DNA of 64,000 nt from an uncultured bacterium (lineage in GTDB: Bacteria; Chlamydiota; Chlamydiia; Chlamydiales; 2-12-FULL-49-11): positions 21,614 to 85,613 of the forward strand of contig CAZKFL010000003.1 in NCBI GenBank assembly GCA_964552055.1, given 5' to 3'. Below, piece after piece: positions 53,105-63,260 of this stretch. Position numbers and translations under genes: made by a program. How positions within the stretch are numbered: the stretch's first letter is position 1; each line of letters opens with the position of its first letter. The notes under the pieces were generated by a model. It made no database searches, was not told where the DNA came from, and saw only the letters and a program-made list of their open reading frames with translations.

Positions 53105-53463
53105 GCTACAAGCTCCTCTGTTAGAGTGATTTCACCTTGCGTAGTGATAACAGAAAAGGTGATGGAATATATGCGACGCCTTGCATCAAAATTGCTTGTG
53201 AAACTGAGGATTTGATTTACACCATACGTATCAAGAATTTCTTCTTTAAGAACGCTTTCAATGAGGATTTGATTGGGAGCTTTGATAAAGAAATCATCGA
53301 AATAGGGAATGCCGGCAGTAATATCTAGAAACCATTCTCCTAGGATAAAGCGAAGCCTGATCATCAAATTTTGAGCGATTTGATCACGACCTTCTACTAG
53401 GTGAAGGTCAAAATTTTCTAAGAGCAAATCGCCGGTTGCCGTATCCAACGCAATATCTTTCAT
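53101..53463 (-). CDS. small baseplate wedge protein (positional equivalent of gpW / gp25 / XkdS)
   Basis: DTATGDLLL...LVEGRDQIAQNLMIRLRFILGEWFLDITAGIPY. It overlaps the Baseplate_J start by 4 nt. Confidence 0.55.
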   Translation of the reverse strand: MKDIALDTATGDLLLENFDLHLVEGRDQIAQNLMIRLRFILGEWFLDITAGIPYFDDFFIKAPNQILIESVLKEEILDTYGVNQILSFTSNFDARRRIYSITFSVITTQGEITLTEELVA

Positions 53464-53516
53464 AGAGCCTCGTTAACTGATAAATGGTTATAAGAGGGTG
53501 TTTGAGTTAATTGAGG

Positions 53517-54167
53517 CTAGGGAATGGATCCCTTGATAGAGTCTAGAGCTAATTTTAGAGTTGCGTACGTGGGTCCTACACCTTGGAAAATTGGCCCTCC
53601 TGGAGCTGTTGTCACAGAAGTCAGCAAAATTCCAAGTATACTACTAACGATATCAAGCACTTCTACTGAAGCATTTCCTATCGCTACTTGTGAAGCCGTT
53701 TGAATTTGAATATTCCCACTAGCTTTAATTCTTATACTAGAGTTTTTGTAAGTTAAAAGCACGTCTTCATTGTTTTCAGACAAAGATTTTTCTGAAAATG
53801 GCATTAAACCCATGATTGCAACGGCATCTGAAAGATCAAATTTTCTGGGATCATTTGGAGCGACTATACCTCCAACTGACTTCCAAAGATCGGTGCTCCT
53901 TTCAATAAATAGAAGCAAACAGGTGTCACCTGGTAAAACAGGGAAAGTTAAACTAGCTCCGCCCGCTTTTGGAAAAATTACAGGGACATTATTTAGAACC
54001 GGCATTTCTTGAGTGGACCCGTCCAAATAACTCTTCTTTAAACAGGGTTGTATTGAAGCATTTTGAGTTGAGTAGTCATATGACACTATTTGGCCAGGAA
54101 GCGCCGTATGGACGTCGTATAATTGAAATTGGATAGCTTGTCTTATTGCATCGGTCATTGTAGTCAT
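53517..54167 (-). CDS. baseplate spike/hub protein (Mu gp45 / Gp138_N-like)
   Basis: LPGQIVSYDYSTQNASIQPCLK...MPVLNNVPVIFPKAGGASLTFPVLPGDTCLLLF. Confidence 0.65.
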   Translation of the reverse strand: MTTMTDAIRQAIQFQLYDVHTALPGQIVSYDYSTQNASIQPCLKKSYLDGSTQEMPVLNNVPVIFPKAGGASLTFPVLPGDTCLLLFIERSTDLWKSVGGIVAPNDPRKFDLSDAVAIMGLMPFSEKSLSENNEDVLLTYKNSSIRIKASGNIQIQTASQVAIGNASVEVLDIVSSILGILLTSVTTAPGGPIFQGVGPTYATLKLALDSIKGSIP

Positions 54168-55027
54168 ATTAAAATAATCTCTATGGTTGAACGCCAGTTT
54201 GGACCAAAAGTATCTCCCTCATGTTTGATGGAGAAAACTGAGTAAGGACCATTGAGCCCAATTCTTTGGGATTTTACTTTGATTAAATCTCCAGGGAGAA
54301 TGTCGGGGCGTAATGTTGTGGTAACGATATAGCCTGTTTTAGGTCCGTCTAAATATAAGCAGGCTCTTTTATCTGTAAATCTTTGAGGGATACCGATCAT
54401 TCCTGTATCGGCATTGATTTCTACAGCCGGTTTAGAAGTTGTGCCAAATTGAGGGATAATTTGAAGCTTTCCATTTTGGACGCTCCATTTTAATCCAAGC
54501 CTTGATACCGTTTTATCGATCGCATTTTTTCCCATTCCGATAAATTCAAATCCCTGTTCATAAACAATATTATCTGTGGGAGAAAACTCAGAAATAGTCA
54601 GTCCCATTTGCTCGGCGATTGTCTTTACAACCTGCCGCACAGAGACTTTTTCTTTGAAGCTAACGGATATATTTTTTTGATTTAGAACTCGTTCTCCATC
54701 GCCGCAGTCTAAAGTAGTGATGATTTCAGGTTGTTCATAGGCGTGACTGACCTGAGTAGTATTCCCAATGAAAAGCAATTGCTCTCCGGCATCTTGGCTG
54801 TATCCGGCTGATACAATGACTTGGTCTCCATAATCTTTAATTCTATTTCGATTTTCTTGGCTTAAGTTCCATATTTTTACTGAGGCCGTATTGGCTGACC
54901 ATGCTAAGTTCTTCTGCATTGAGAAAGACATCCGCAGATTCGTAAGTTTTATGCTGCCGATATATCCATTGAAAGTAGAATTTCTTAGATCAATTTTAAC
55001 GCTTGCAATTCGCTTGAATTTAGTCAT
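54164..55027 (-). CDS. baseplate hub / tail protein (gpD / XkdQ / gp27-like)
   Basis: Called from size, position and beta-rich sequence. There is a 4-nt overlap with the spike gene. Confidence 0.45.
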   Translation of the reverse strand: MTKFKRIASVKIDLRNSTFNGYIGSIKLTNLRMSFSMQKNLAWSANTASVKIWNLSQENRNRIKDYGDQVIVSAGYSQDAGEQLLFIGNTTQVSHAYEQPEIITTLDCGDGERVLNQKNISVSFKEKVSVRQVVKTIAEQMGLTISEFSPTDNIVYEQGFEFIGMGKNAIDKTVSRLGLKWSVQNGKLQIIPQFGTTSKPAVEINADTGMIGIPQRFTDKRACLYLDGPKTGYIVTTTLRPDILPGDLIKVKSQRIGLNGPYSVFSIKHEGDTFGPNWRSTIEIILI

Positions 55028-55348
55028 TTAAATAAACTCTCCTAAGGAGTAGTAAATGAGTTCCGTCACTTCTCCCATGTCATAACGTTGAATTTTACCT
55101 TGGCCTCCGATGATATTTTCACAAACAATATCTCCACTTGGCTTATTGTTAACTACGTACTGAGCTGTTAAATCGTAATTGGCAACTACTTTAATCCCGA
55201 GAATGAGAGGAACTAAATCACGTGTTAAAATATCCATTACCCAGTACTCATTCATTGCATTCCAGCTAAAAGAGAGGATAAAAGTTTGACTATCCAGTTC
55301 AATCTGTTCTTGCCATTGAGAGGGTTCTTTAAATGGAATAATTTGCAT
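55028..55348 (-). CDS. hypothetical tail/baseplate assembly protein
   Basis: 106-aa ORF packed between tail genes. Confidence 0.45.
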   Translation of the reverse strand: MQIIPFKEPSQWQEQIELDSQTFILSFSWNAMNEYWVMDILTRDLVPLILGIKVVANYDLTAQYVVNNKPSGDIVCENIIGGQGKIQRYDMGEVTELIYYSLGEFI

Positions 55349-55995
55349 TATGAGGCTCCCAGAATTTGACTTTTAACAGAGAGGACAGCAGGTAAAATAT
55401 TGTCTGGAATGGGAGTTAATGATTGAACGCCTATATTAATTCCGCTGGAAGATTGGTCTTTTAAGCTATCGGGAGGATCATTTTGAATGATAGGATAGTT
55501 AGCATTGGAAGCCACAGTGTCCCTCGGTATTTTAGTTTGAATCCCTCCAAAAATATTTCCTTGATCAAGCAGTAACCTAACAGAAGTGTCGAAAACAATT
55601 CTTTGAAGTTCAATGTTGAATGTGAGGGACTGCCCACTTCTTATATCTCTCGGTACATCCAGGGTTGTGATGGCCATATTTTTATAAACTTTCAATCCGG
55701 TGACTACGGTTACCACATCTCTATTTTGATGGAGCTGAATCAGACGATTGAAGGCATCAATAGATCTGTTAAATGGAGCAAAAATGGAAAGTGGAGTGTC
55801 AGTAACTAGGCCTACAAGGACTATGATGTCGGGTTCATTGATAATATGATCTGAAATGATGGTTCCATCTTCCACAGGGTAATTTGTTATTCGGGATGCA
55901 AAACGGTGCTCCTCGCGGATGGTTACATCTAAATCGATCGATCCGATTTTAGGACTTGGATATTTTTTCCCAAAGAGAAGAGATAAGACCATCAT
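55348..55995 (-). CDS. conserved tail/baseplate assembly protein following the tape measure
   Basis: IDLDVTIREEHRFASRITNYPVEDGTIISDHII pattern. The call rests on position. Confidence 0.45.
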   Translation of the reverse strand: MMVLSLLFGKKYPSPKIGSIDLDVTIREEHRFASRITNYPVEDGTIISDHIINEPDIIVLVGLVTDTPLSIFAPFNRSIDAFNRLIQLHQNRDVVTVVTGLKVYKNMAITTLDVPRDIRSGQSLTFNIELQRIVFDTSVRLLLDQGNIFGGIQTKIPRDTVASNANYPIIQNDPPDSLKDQSSSGINIGVQSLTPIPDNILPAVLSVKSQILGAS

Positions 55996-57062
55996 TCCAC
56001 CTGTGGGTTGTTGTTATAGATTTCTCGTACTTGATCGATTAGGGCGCTTTTAATTGCTTCATCAACTGTTTCACGTAGGACAACTTGCTGCTGTTCAGTT
56101 GTTCCTGATGGAACTTGCATCTCTATCTTTGTATCGATATTAAAGTTCTGTTCTGTGACGGCAGGAGCATTTTTGACTGCCTGATTCTCCATGATTCGGT
56201 TGATTTTCTGAGTAGATTCAAATTCAAGGTCAGGGATTTCTGAGAAATCGGATAGGATCTCGCGATTAATCCCTTGGCCTATTAGATTGAAAGCTCCTTT
56301 AATCCCTCGAACTACATAACCAACGCCCTTCATGGTAACTTCAAGAACTTTTACTCCAGCTGTAATTGTCGGTAAGATGTCTTCGATAAAGGCTATCTTG
56401 AAAGATTCAAAAGTGTTCCAAAAAGTTCGGATCGATTTATTAACGTCTTCAAAAGCAGGGAGGGAATTTTCGAGAGATTTGGCATAATCTGTATATTTGC
56501 TACTCAAAACATCGAGATTCTCTCCGGCTTCTATTGCAAATTTGATGAATTTTTGAGCATCTTCCTCTCCAAAGAAGAATTTTGCTATGGAGAATTTTTC
56601 AGTTTCTGTGCGCGCTTCATTGATTCTCTTAAGAATGTCGATAAAAAGATCGCGGGCGTTCTTGACTTCTCCGGTGAAATTATCACGGAATTCAATCCCT
56701 GTAAAATAGGCAATGTTTGCCAAATCTCCCATGCCGTACTTGGCATCACGGAGCATCTTATTTAAGCTTTTTAGAGCTGATTCAAAGTTGTTTGGATCAA
56801 TTCTAAAATCTTCAGCAGTTCTCCTCAATTTCAGAAATTCTTGAAAGGAGATGCCTATGTTTCTTGCTAAGTCATTTGCATCGAGAGTAGCATCGGAAAT
56901 GTCTTTGAAAAAATCTAAGGTCTTGGAAACAAAGGTAGCAGCAGCTGTTGCAGCAATCGCAAATTTAGTTTTAAAGCCGATAATAGTGCGGTTGAAATCT
57001 TCAACCCCTTTCTTATCAACTACAAATCCAAGAACGGTTGTTAGTTCTCTAACTACAGTCAT
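55992..57062 (-). CDS. tail tape measure protein (short, 356 aa)
   Basis: Lies immediately downstream of the G/GT chaperone pair. It is helical with a hydrophobic AIAATAAATFV segment. Confidence 0.6.
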   Translation of the reverse strand: MTVVRELTTVLGFVVDKKGVEDFNRTIIGFKTKFAIAATAAATFVSKTLDFFKDISDATLDANDLARNIGISFQEFLKLRRTAEDFRIDPNNFESALKSLNKMLRDAKYGMGDLANIAYFTGIEFRDNFTGEVKNARDLFIDILKRINEARTETEKFSIAKFFFGEEDAQKFIKFAIEAGENLDVLSSKYTDYAKSLENSLPAFEDVNKSIRTFWNTFESFKIAFIEDILPTITAGVKVLEVTMKGVGYVVRGIKGAFNLIGQGINREILSDFSEIPDLEFESTQKINRIMENQAVKNAPAVTEQNFNIDTKIEMQVPSGTTEQQQVVLRETVDEAIKSALIDQVREIYNNNPQVE

Positions 57063-57693
57063 TTTGCCCCTTTCTTTTTAGATTCTTCCAATAGATCAAG
57101 CCTCATATCGAGTAGAGCATTAGCTCTTATTAGATCATCTAAACTCCAAGCACGTTCGATCTCCTCTAAAGAAGCAATCCCTTCTAATATTATGCGCCAG
57201 AAAAGAAACTCGCTCTTTATGTCCGGATGGAGGTTTTTCTCGTATCTGGCTGACGATTCTGCGACATTGGAGTTGCCGCTTCGAATAGGCGTCCAATACC
57301 GCTCTCCCCAAAAAAAGAACCAAAATTGCAATCGATAACAAACCATAAGACTTGCATAAGAGTTGCCAGATCGCCGGCAAATTCTACATCGATGACAGAA
57401 TCTGTAAGTTCCATCCCATCCTTTCTAACTCCTTGGCATAGTTCAATCACTAGGCTTTCAAAAGTTTTGTCATCAAGCTGCGCCATTAATGACTCTACTG
57501 CACTTATCGCTTCTGCTTTTGAAAAGGGAAGGCCAGTTATGCTTTCATTTCCTGCTCCAGGGAGAAATAGATGGGCAAGAGCTGGACCGAATAGGCGCAA
57601 TAATTTAGCTTTTAGACGGAGAGCTCTTCTAGCTGGAAGCTGAGTAACAGAATAGACAGCTCCATGAATTTGTTTTTCTTTTGTTTGAATCAT
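57059..57693 (-). CDS. tail assembly chaperone frameshift product (gpGT analogue, -1 PRF at 57310-57316)
   Basis: The zero frame reads ...GGT TCT TTT TTT GGG. The -1 frame continues TGG GGA GAG... (WGERYW...) to 57059, overlapping the tape measure start. Confidence 0.6.
57217..57693 (-). CDS. tail assembly chaperone (gpG analogue)
   Basis: Located between the tube and tape measure genes. Contains the slippery site near its 3' end. Confidence 0.7.
   Translation of the reverse strand: MIQTKEKQIHGAVYSVTQLPARRALRLKAKLLRLFGPALAHLFLPGAGNESITGLPFSKAEAISAVESLMAQLDDKTFESLVIELCQGVRKDGMELTDSVIDVEFAGDLATLMQVLWFVIDCNFGSFFGESGIGRLFEAATPMSQNRQPDTRKTSIRT
57310..57316 (-). other. T_TTT_TTT -1 programmed ribosomal frameshift heptamer
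   Basis: A run of seven A on the plus strand, which is an X_XXY_YYZ heptamer in the chaperone zero frame. Confidence 0.6.
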
Positions 57694-58124
57694 ACATTTA
57701 CTCCATTGCTTCCTACAAAGACATCAAGATCAACGAGATCAAGTACCCATTCGCGATTTGCTAGGTCTTTCCCAAATTCAGAGGAGGGGTATTTTTTAAC
57801 CCATCCCGTTGCACTAAAATAGATAGAGGTTCCGCTTAAATCTTTGACTAAGATTGGGATAACACCAGCATTTGTGAGTTCATCAATGTTAGCAAAGCCA
57901 GAGAGTACATCATTGCTCGGACTTGACTGTTTGAGAGTGAGTGTCATATTTCCAGAGCGATTGTTGCTCTTAATTCGCGTGCTTGTTCCGTCTGCTCCGG
58001 TGACCTTTGTCCATTGATCATCATCTCTATCGACAGTAAGGAATGTACCGTCAGAAAAACCGCTCATAGGAACTCCGCCTACTGTAATGATGACTTGTTT
58101 TGGGTCGTAAGTTCTTACTGTCAT
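57690..58124 (-). CDS. tail tube protein (DUF3277/XkdM-like)
   Basis: KQVIITVGGVPMSGFSDGTFLTVDRDDD pattern. It lies directly downstream of the sheath gene. Confidence 0.7.
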   Translation of the reverse strand: MTVRTYDPKQVIITVGGVPMSGFSDGTFLTVDRDDDQWTKVTGADGTSTRIKSNNRSGNMTLTLKQSSPSNDVLSGFANIDELTNAGVIPILVKDLSGTSIYFSATGWVKKYPSSEFGKDLANREWVLDLVDLDVFVGSNGVNV

Positions 58125-58142
58125 AAAATTATCTCCTCTTTT

Positions 58143-60023
58143 TTAAGCGCTTACGGTTCCAGTAATATTAATGGCGTGTATGGCTCCTGATAATGTTGCC
58201 TGGAATTTGACATTCCTTAAAATTCTCTGAGCTTTGTCATTTGGTGGGACGTTTGCTGCTAATGGAACTGTTACAGTTGGAGCGGGATCATTTGCAATAA
58301 AGTTATTATTGATTCCAAGTTGAAGAGCTCTCCTCACTTCTGCTTCAATTGCTGTGATTCCAGCATCAGTATAGGGAACTTTATTACTATTGACCAATAC
58401 AGAATAGACAAATTCTTGAATTCTGGAAGTTAACCAATCTACACCACGAACGATATCAATGAATTCTCCTTGGGCAACTGTGCCTTCTCTTGTGATTCCT
58501 ACGCCTCCAATGAATTCGTAAGTGTTGGCTTCTTTATTTCTGGCATTTTGCGATTGCGTAGTTGTGAGATTGGAGTAAGAGATGGAACTCAGTTGTTTAA
58601 ATTTCCAAGTTTCAGACCCTGGATCAAGGGGAAGGACTCCACCGAACCAGGCACATTCAGGAAAGTCGGTTTCAGCATCTTGATGATAGAGAACAAATGT
58701 GCGCACATATCCAGATTGATTACATTTAGCTGCAATGGAAGAAAGATCGATACCAGCGGCTACATTGATAATATTGGGATCATCTGAGGCTGTTCCAAAG
58801 AGTTTAATTTGACTCTCTGCCCACCCTGCCGCTGAAAAAACTGTTGCTAGAGTTCTGTCTGTGAGAGCAAATGCGTACCAAGTGTCATCAACTAATTGTA
58901 CTGCATTTAAGTCATTTACAACGGTGTCAGAAGGGGTTAATGGACTAATAATCAGGCCAAACTGCTTACTTAGAATACCGTCTGATACGCCTAAAACAAA
59001 GCCTGTTCCAGGAACGTTTGCTGTAACTTCAAAACTTCCATTTAGATTGTCTGAAGCACTTACTGGAACAGATGTTTGAGAAGAAATAATTGCAACAAGA
59101 GCTGCCACAATATCTTCATTGGTCTGAACATCAGTTAAGGTGGTATATGTGAAGTCGATTCCATTGATAGTCACGGTATAGTCTGTGTTGGGTTCTACTT
59201 GAGTAACTGTAATGCGGGCAGCATCTGGGTTTACAATGCTTGAATTTACATTTAATGTGTAAGGAGTTCCTGGAATGGCAGCCGTTAAGCCGAAAGTTCC
59301 ATTTAAATTATCAGTTGCTGTGACTCCAAGTGTTGCTGCATTAATAGCAGCTACTAACGAGTTAGCAATTGTTTCAGGGGAAACCGGTTGAGTTGGTGTT
59401 GTGGTGGTAGCTGTTGGTTGACTAGCGCCTCCAGTGACAATAAAAGAATTAATAATTGCTGAAACATTTGATTTTCCGAACACATTGATTATCAGATTTG
59501 AACCAGTGATACTTACGGAATCAACGGCAGCATTTGCCTCTAAAGCTGTTGCAATATCGTTCATTGTAGTGATTTGATCAGTATCAAAAGGAATAGAAGT
59601 TAATGAAGTGCCGTTTAAAGTGATTGCAATAGAGTTGCCTGTAACAAAATTTCCGCTTAAGGTGACTATTGAGTTTTGAGCAGTAGGTGCAGAAGGTACT
59701 GTAATGTCTGTTGAGTTGATGGTAGTTGTATAGTTGAAGGGAGACATAGCAGTCTCCACAGAAATTGTAGCGCTATCGACGGTTCTGCGACCAATTGCTA
59801 TTTGTTCAGGGCTTAATGTTTGGCTAAAAGATTCTTGTGCAGCAATGTATTCTAAGTCTGTTGGGAAAAAGTCATTGGCTACGCCCTGAATGTTGCTGTA
59901 GAATCTAATGCGATCATTAAATCGTTTATGAGTACCCAAAATCATGAGGAGTCCAAAACCAGCTTCTGAGACAGCTTGAGTATCACGGGTAATCTGTACA
60001 TTTACGATGTCGCTTAATGGCAT
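58143..60023 (-). CDS. contractile tail sheath protein (DUF3383-like) with ~270 aa of inserted decoration modules
   Basis: The N-terminus [24 protein letters not shown]...RIRFYS and the C-terminal core are typical for a sheath. The insert spans residues ~90-360. Confidence 0.7.
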   Translation of the reverse strand: MPLSDIVNVQITRDTQAVSEAGFGLLMILGTHKRFNDRIRFYSNIQGVANDFFPTDLEYIAAQESFSQTLSPEQIAIGRRTVDSATISVETAMSPFNYTTTINSTDITVPSAPTAQNSIVTLSGNFVTGNSIAITLNGTSLTSIPFDTDQITTMNDIATALEANAAVDSVSITGSNLIINVFGKSNVSAIINSFIVTGGASQPTATTTTPTQPVSPETIANSLVAAINAATLGVTATDNLNGTFGLTAAIPGTPYTLNVNSSIVNPDAARITVTQVEPNTDYTVTINGIDFTYTTLTDVQTNEDIVAALVAIISSQTSVPVSASDNLNGSFEVTANVPGTGFVLGVSDGILSKQFGLIISPLTPSDTVVNDLNAVQLVDDTWYAFALTDRTLATVFSAAGWAESQIKLFGTASDDPNIINVAAGIDLSSIAAKCNQSGYVRTFVLYHQDAETDFPECAWFGGVLPLDPGSETWKFKQLSSISYSNLTTTQSQNARNKEANTYEFIGGVGITREGTVAQGEFIDIVRGVDWLTSRIQEFVYSVLVNSNKVPYTDAGITAIEAEVRRALQLGINNNFIANDPAPTVTVPLAANVPPNDKAQRILRNVKFQATLSGAIHAINITGTVSA

Positions 60024-60031
60024 GGTTCCTC

Positions 60032-60583
60032 CTAAGGTATTGTATTTGTGTGATCATAGACCACTGTTCCGCTAGCATCTTGATAAATTTCTTCTACTTC
60101 AAGGGTCTCGATCAGACCTAAATTATCTGGATAGTCTTGTCCTATTCTAAAGAGAACATCCATGGCAGCCCTTTTTTCAAATCGGGAATCCAAAAGTTCT
60201 GTCGTGTCATTAATGCCAAAGTGATTTACAAATACGATTCCATTGGCCCTCAGTGTATCTAGAACGGTCTGCATTTGCAGGCTACTTCTTAAGTTTTCAA
60301 GACGGGTTACACAGTCGCCGCCATAGGTTTGAATTTGGAGAGTGAATTCTCGATCTCCTACCATGTTGACTAATCCATTGATATCGGCTTCAGGGGTATA
60401 GTCTTCGCCTATTTGATTCAAAGAGCTAAGTAATAAAGTCACATATGGCTGAGTTGGCCTTGGCGCATTTTCATTTAAGAAGATAACAGAGCACCCGGGG
60501 GAGTTAGCTAAGGCCCAATTGTAGAGATTTGTCTTAACTGTCTCAAAATTAATCGTCATTCTTTTTTTCTCCATATAGGACAA
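60032..60583 (-). CDS. neck / tail terminator-type protein
   Basis: [12 protein letters not shown]...[16 protein letters not shown] pattern and position. The start may be the ATG at 60559. Confidence 0.45.
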   Translation of the reverse strand: MSYMEKKRMTINFETVKTNLYNWALANSPGCSVIFLNENAPRPTQPYVTLLLSSLNQIGEDYTPEADINGLVNMVGDREFTLQIQTYGGDCVTRLENLRSSLQMQTVLDTLRANGIVFVNHFGINDTTELLDSRFEKRAAMDVLFRIGQDYPDNLGLIETLEVEEIYQDASGTVVYDHTNTIP

Positions 60584-60749
60584 GAACAGAGTGAAGTTGA
60601 TATCCCTCCATTTCCATATTCAGCGCGTAAAATGTGTCGTATTTGATGTCGAAGAGACGCCATCCGTTATCTTTGAGGTCCTTTAAAAACTCGTTCAATC
60701 TGAATCCGAGTACTAAATAATCTGTTTCTGAGATGACTTTAGCTTTCAT
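60549..60749 (-). CDS. small hypothetical head-tail joining region protein
   Basis: 66-aa ORF whose start overlaps the upstream stop by 1 nt. Confidence 0.35.
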   Translation of the reverse strand: MKAKVISETDYLVLGFRLNEFLKDLKDNGWRLFDIKYDTFYALNMEMEGYQLHSVLVLYGEKKNDD

Positions 60750-61105
60750 TATTGTCCCTCTAGTCGCAAGACTATGTATTTATAGTGGTTTACAATTCCC
60801 ATTACCTGGGTGTTTTGCCATGGAAAGACTTGAACTGCTTCAAAAGTCTTGCCGAAAAAAAGGATCAGGTCAGGATTTAAAGCTGTAATTGTATTGATTA
60901 AGGTTGATGTAAATAGTTTGTAGCCCTCTGAGTCTCTTCTTGCTTCTGGCAGTTCTTGCATCTCTTCACCTTTCATAGGTTGGATGCTGGATGTTATTTG
61001 AGTGTCTGTATAAGCGCCGTCACTCCAACGTCCATTCGTATAACCACCAGTTTGAAAGCGGCGAAGTGTTATTGGAGAGCGGAAGATTTCAAAAGGTGAG
61101 GTCAT
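60749..61105 (-). CDS. head-tail adaptor/completion protein (positional call)
   Basis: 118-aa ORF in the connector gene run. Confidence 0.45.
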   Translation of the reverse strand: MTSPFEIFRSPITLRRFQTGGYTNGRWSDGAYTDTQITSSIQPMKGEEMQELPEARRDSEGYKLFTSTLINTITALNPDLILFFGKTFEAVQVFPWQNTQVMGIVNHYKYIVLRLEGQ

Positions 61106-61584
61106 TTTATAACCACCTTATATCGGACTGACTGCACCATTTGCCCAAAATCGATTAATGGTTTTGAACTCTTTTTAATAGAAATAGTTCTTGGAGAGTT
61201 GGGAGGAGAGATAATAGCGCGGATCTTTTGTACGATTAATTTGGTCGTCAATTGCCCTATCAATCCAAGTGACGTTTCTGTTGTTCTTTTCCCGGCTATA
61301 ATTTTATTGTATTCTCCTTGAATTGCTCTATTGATCAATGTCTTATTTTCATCAAAGCTAGTAGACATAAATGGTCTAGCAGGAATGATTTTTGTTCCGA
61401 ATTCATTTTCTGCTGCTATTTGAGGGATTGAAAGACCCGCTGTTTGTTTCCGCTTACCTTTTACTTGAGTCGTAGTGACGGTTCCTTCTTGAAATCCAAC
61501 TTTCACATGGGAGCCATTTAGCAAAGCAATTTGCTTTTGGATCTCTGCAAAACCTAAATCCTTATCTTTCACAACAGCACGCAT
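61102..61584 (-). CDS. HK97 gp10-family head-tail connector protein
   Basis: IAAENEFGTKIIPARPFM is the family hallmark (NEFGT...PARPF). Confidence 0.7.
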   Translation of the reverse strand: MRAVVKDKDLGFAEIQKQIALLNGSHVKVGFQEGTVTTTQVKGKRKQTAGLSIPQIAAENEFGTKIIPARPFMSTSFDENKTLINRAIQGEYNKIIAGKRTTETSLGLIGQLTTKLIVQKIRAIISPPNSPRTISIKKSSKPLIDFGQMVQSVRYKVVIK

Positions 61585-61975
61585 TGATCACCGCAAAGTT
61601 TGGGGGTAAATTTGTTACAGTTGAGCCGATGACTGTTCGCTTGATTAAATCCTTGTACAATCTTCCGTATTGAGTAGCGTCTAAAATAGAGGAATCGGGT
61701 CCGATAGCTAGTCCAATGGAAAGCTCTCCTTCGCTAAGATTAGTAGCGATGCCAGTTTGAGGGTTTGTTTGTAATTGAAGCCAATGAGCCAAAAGATAAA
61801 CGTAGGCCAGGATACCACAGCATGATAAGACTTGTTCATTGACTTGGCATCTCAATAAACCGATCATGGTATTGTAGTTAGCTAAAATCATTGGATCTGT
61901 AGTAAGAAACTGAGGTGCAATAACAAACAATGTATTAATTATCGTTTGACTTGGTATTGGATCCGAAATGCTCAT
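61562..61975 (-). CDS. head-tail connector / head completion protein (DUF4054-like)
   Basis: LFVIAPQFLTTDP...YVYLLAHWLQL pattern and position. Confidence 0.5.
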   Translation of the reverse strand: MSISDPIPSQTIINTLFVIAPQFLTTDPMILANYNTMIGLLRCQVNEQVLSCCGILAYVYLLAHWLQLQTNPQTGIATNLSEGELSIGLAIGPDSSILDATQYGRLYKDLIKRTVIGSTVTNLPPNFAVINACCCER

Positions 61976-62318
61976 TCTCTTCTTCCTCTGCTTGATGGGA
62001 AATTTTATGAAGTTGTTTTTTAGCTGCGTCTATTACTTTGTCCCTATCTTCACTATCGATAATTCGATTTAGATAAGCATGGTCAAAAATTTGTGGGATG
62101 AGTTTCATCATTTCTTTAACGGGTTTTTTGCCATCCGCCTCTGTATCCTGAGATTCAGGGAGAATAACAATGAGTCCTTCTTCAATTCTGAATTGAAATA
62201 AAGGGTGAAGGAGGAGGGCTTTTAATTCGCCCTCCGGAATTTCATTGATTCCTGGCATCAGACGACTTGTGAAGTTACAATAGTAGACGTTTTTACCGTT
62301 GTACTTAACTAGAGCCAT
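61935..62318 (-). CDS. hypothetical head protein downstream of the capsid gene
   Basis: I prefer the ATG at 62318 (MALVKYNGK...), which overlaps the capsid stop as TAATG. Confidence 0.45.
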   Translation of the reverse strand: MALVKYNGKNVYYCNFTSRLMPGINEIPEGELKALLLHPLFQFRIEEGLIVILPESQDTEADGKKPVKEMMKLIPQIFDHAYLNRIIDSEDRDKVIDAAKKQLHKISHQAEEEENEHFGSNTKSNDN

Positions 62319-63247
62319 TAGATTCCCTCCCCAATAGATAGTGAAAGTGGGTAATATATAATAATCCCTCCATAACGAGACTCGCAATTGATAATGAACT
62401 CAAGTCCGCGCTCTTGAGGCGGATATTGAGTAAATGGCATTGGAATCTCCATTGTGAGTTTGTCAGGGTTCTTCTCATAAGCGATCATGATATCAACGCC
62501 TGAAGGACCGGCACCTTTCAATTCAGGAACCCAGTCAACAGTTGTGATGAACGGGTTATTCTGAATAAAATATTCTAAGATAGTTGTATCGCTATTAGCA
62601 GAACGAGGGGTTGAGGAGATTAAAGTGTATTGATCGATAGGGAGAATCAATGTATTTGGCATTTCAACCCCATTTGTAAGAGCTACAATACCATTTGACA
62701 ATTGGTTCATATCGCGTAAAATTTGATCGGGAGTTTTGGTTGTCCAAAGAGTAGAACCTCCAGTACCATCTGCGGGAACAGAAGCTGCTGGAATATTTGG
62801 GTTATTAGTTAGGCCAAGAATGTTGGCAGTATTATCTCCGAACCAGGCAAGCTTGTTCACCTTTTGGTCATTTGCTCTTCGAGTGGCGTTGGCTTGCCGT
62901 TGGGTAAGGCTTCGCCCTACAAACATCGCAGCTCTAATTTCTTGCATCGAATAACCATAGCTTGCTCCAATAGATTTCACTGGCGTGATGAATTCTTTAC
63001 CGCGAATATCGCAACGAGGGAAGTCATCGGCATAACTCGAAATGATTCGAGCAAGACCAGTTTCTTCAAACGATTGGTAAGTAATTGATTCTGCACCCGG
63101 ACCTGCCTCAGTACTAACCGGAATTAGTTTAATGGCTTTTAGGGGAGGGAATTCAATATCGTAAGATTTTGATTTTATGTACTCAAGTTCACGAGCAAAG
63201 AATGCTGTCTCTGCCGAGTCGAGATTAACGCTAACAATTTTATTCAT
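62318..63247 (-). CDS. major capsid protein (DUF2184-type, HK97 fold)
   Basis: FFARELEYIKSKSYDIEFPPLKAIKLIPVSTEAGPGAESITYQSFEETGLARIISSYADDFPRCD matches the DUF2184 capsid N-terminal consensus as I recall it. Confidence 0.8.
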   Translation of the reverse strand: MNKIVSVNLDSAETAFFARELEYIKSKSYDIEFPPLKAIKLIPVSTEAGPGAESITYQSFEETGLARIISSYADDFPRCDIRGKEFITPVKSIGASYGYSMQEIRAAMFVGRSLTQRQANATRRANDQKVNKLAWFGDNTANILGLTNNPNIPAASVPADGTGGSTLWTTKTPDQILRDMNQLSNGIVALTNGVEMPNTLILPIDQYTLISSTPRSANSDTTILEYFIQNNPFITTVDWVPELKGAGPSGVDIMIAYEKNPDKLTMEIPMPFTQYPPQERGLEFIINCESRYGGIIIYYPLSLSIGEGI

Positions 63248-63260
63248 TTTACTTGTCTCC

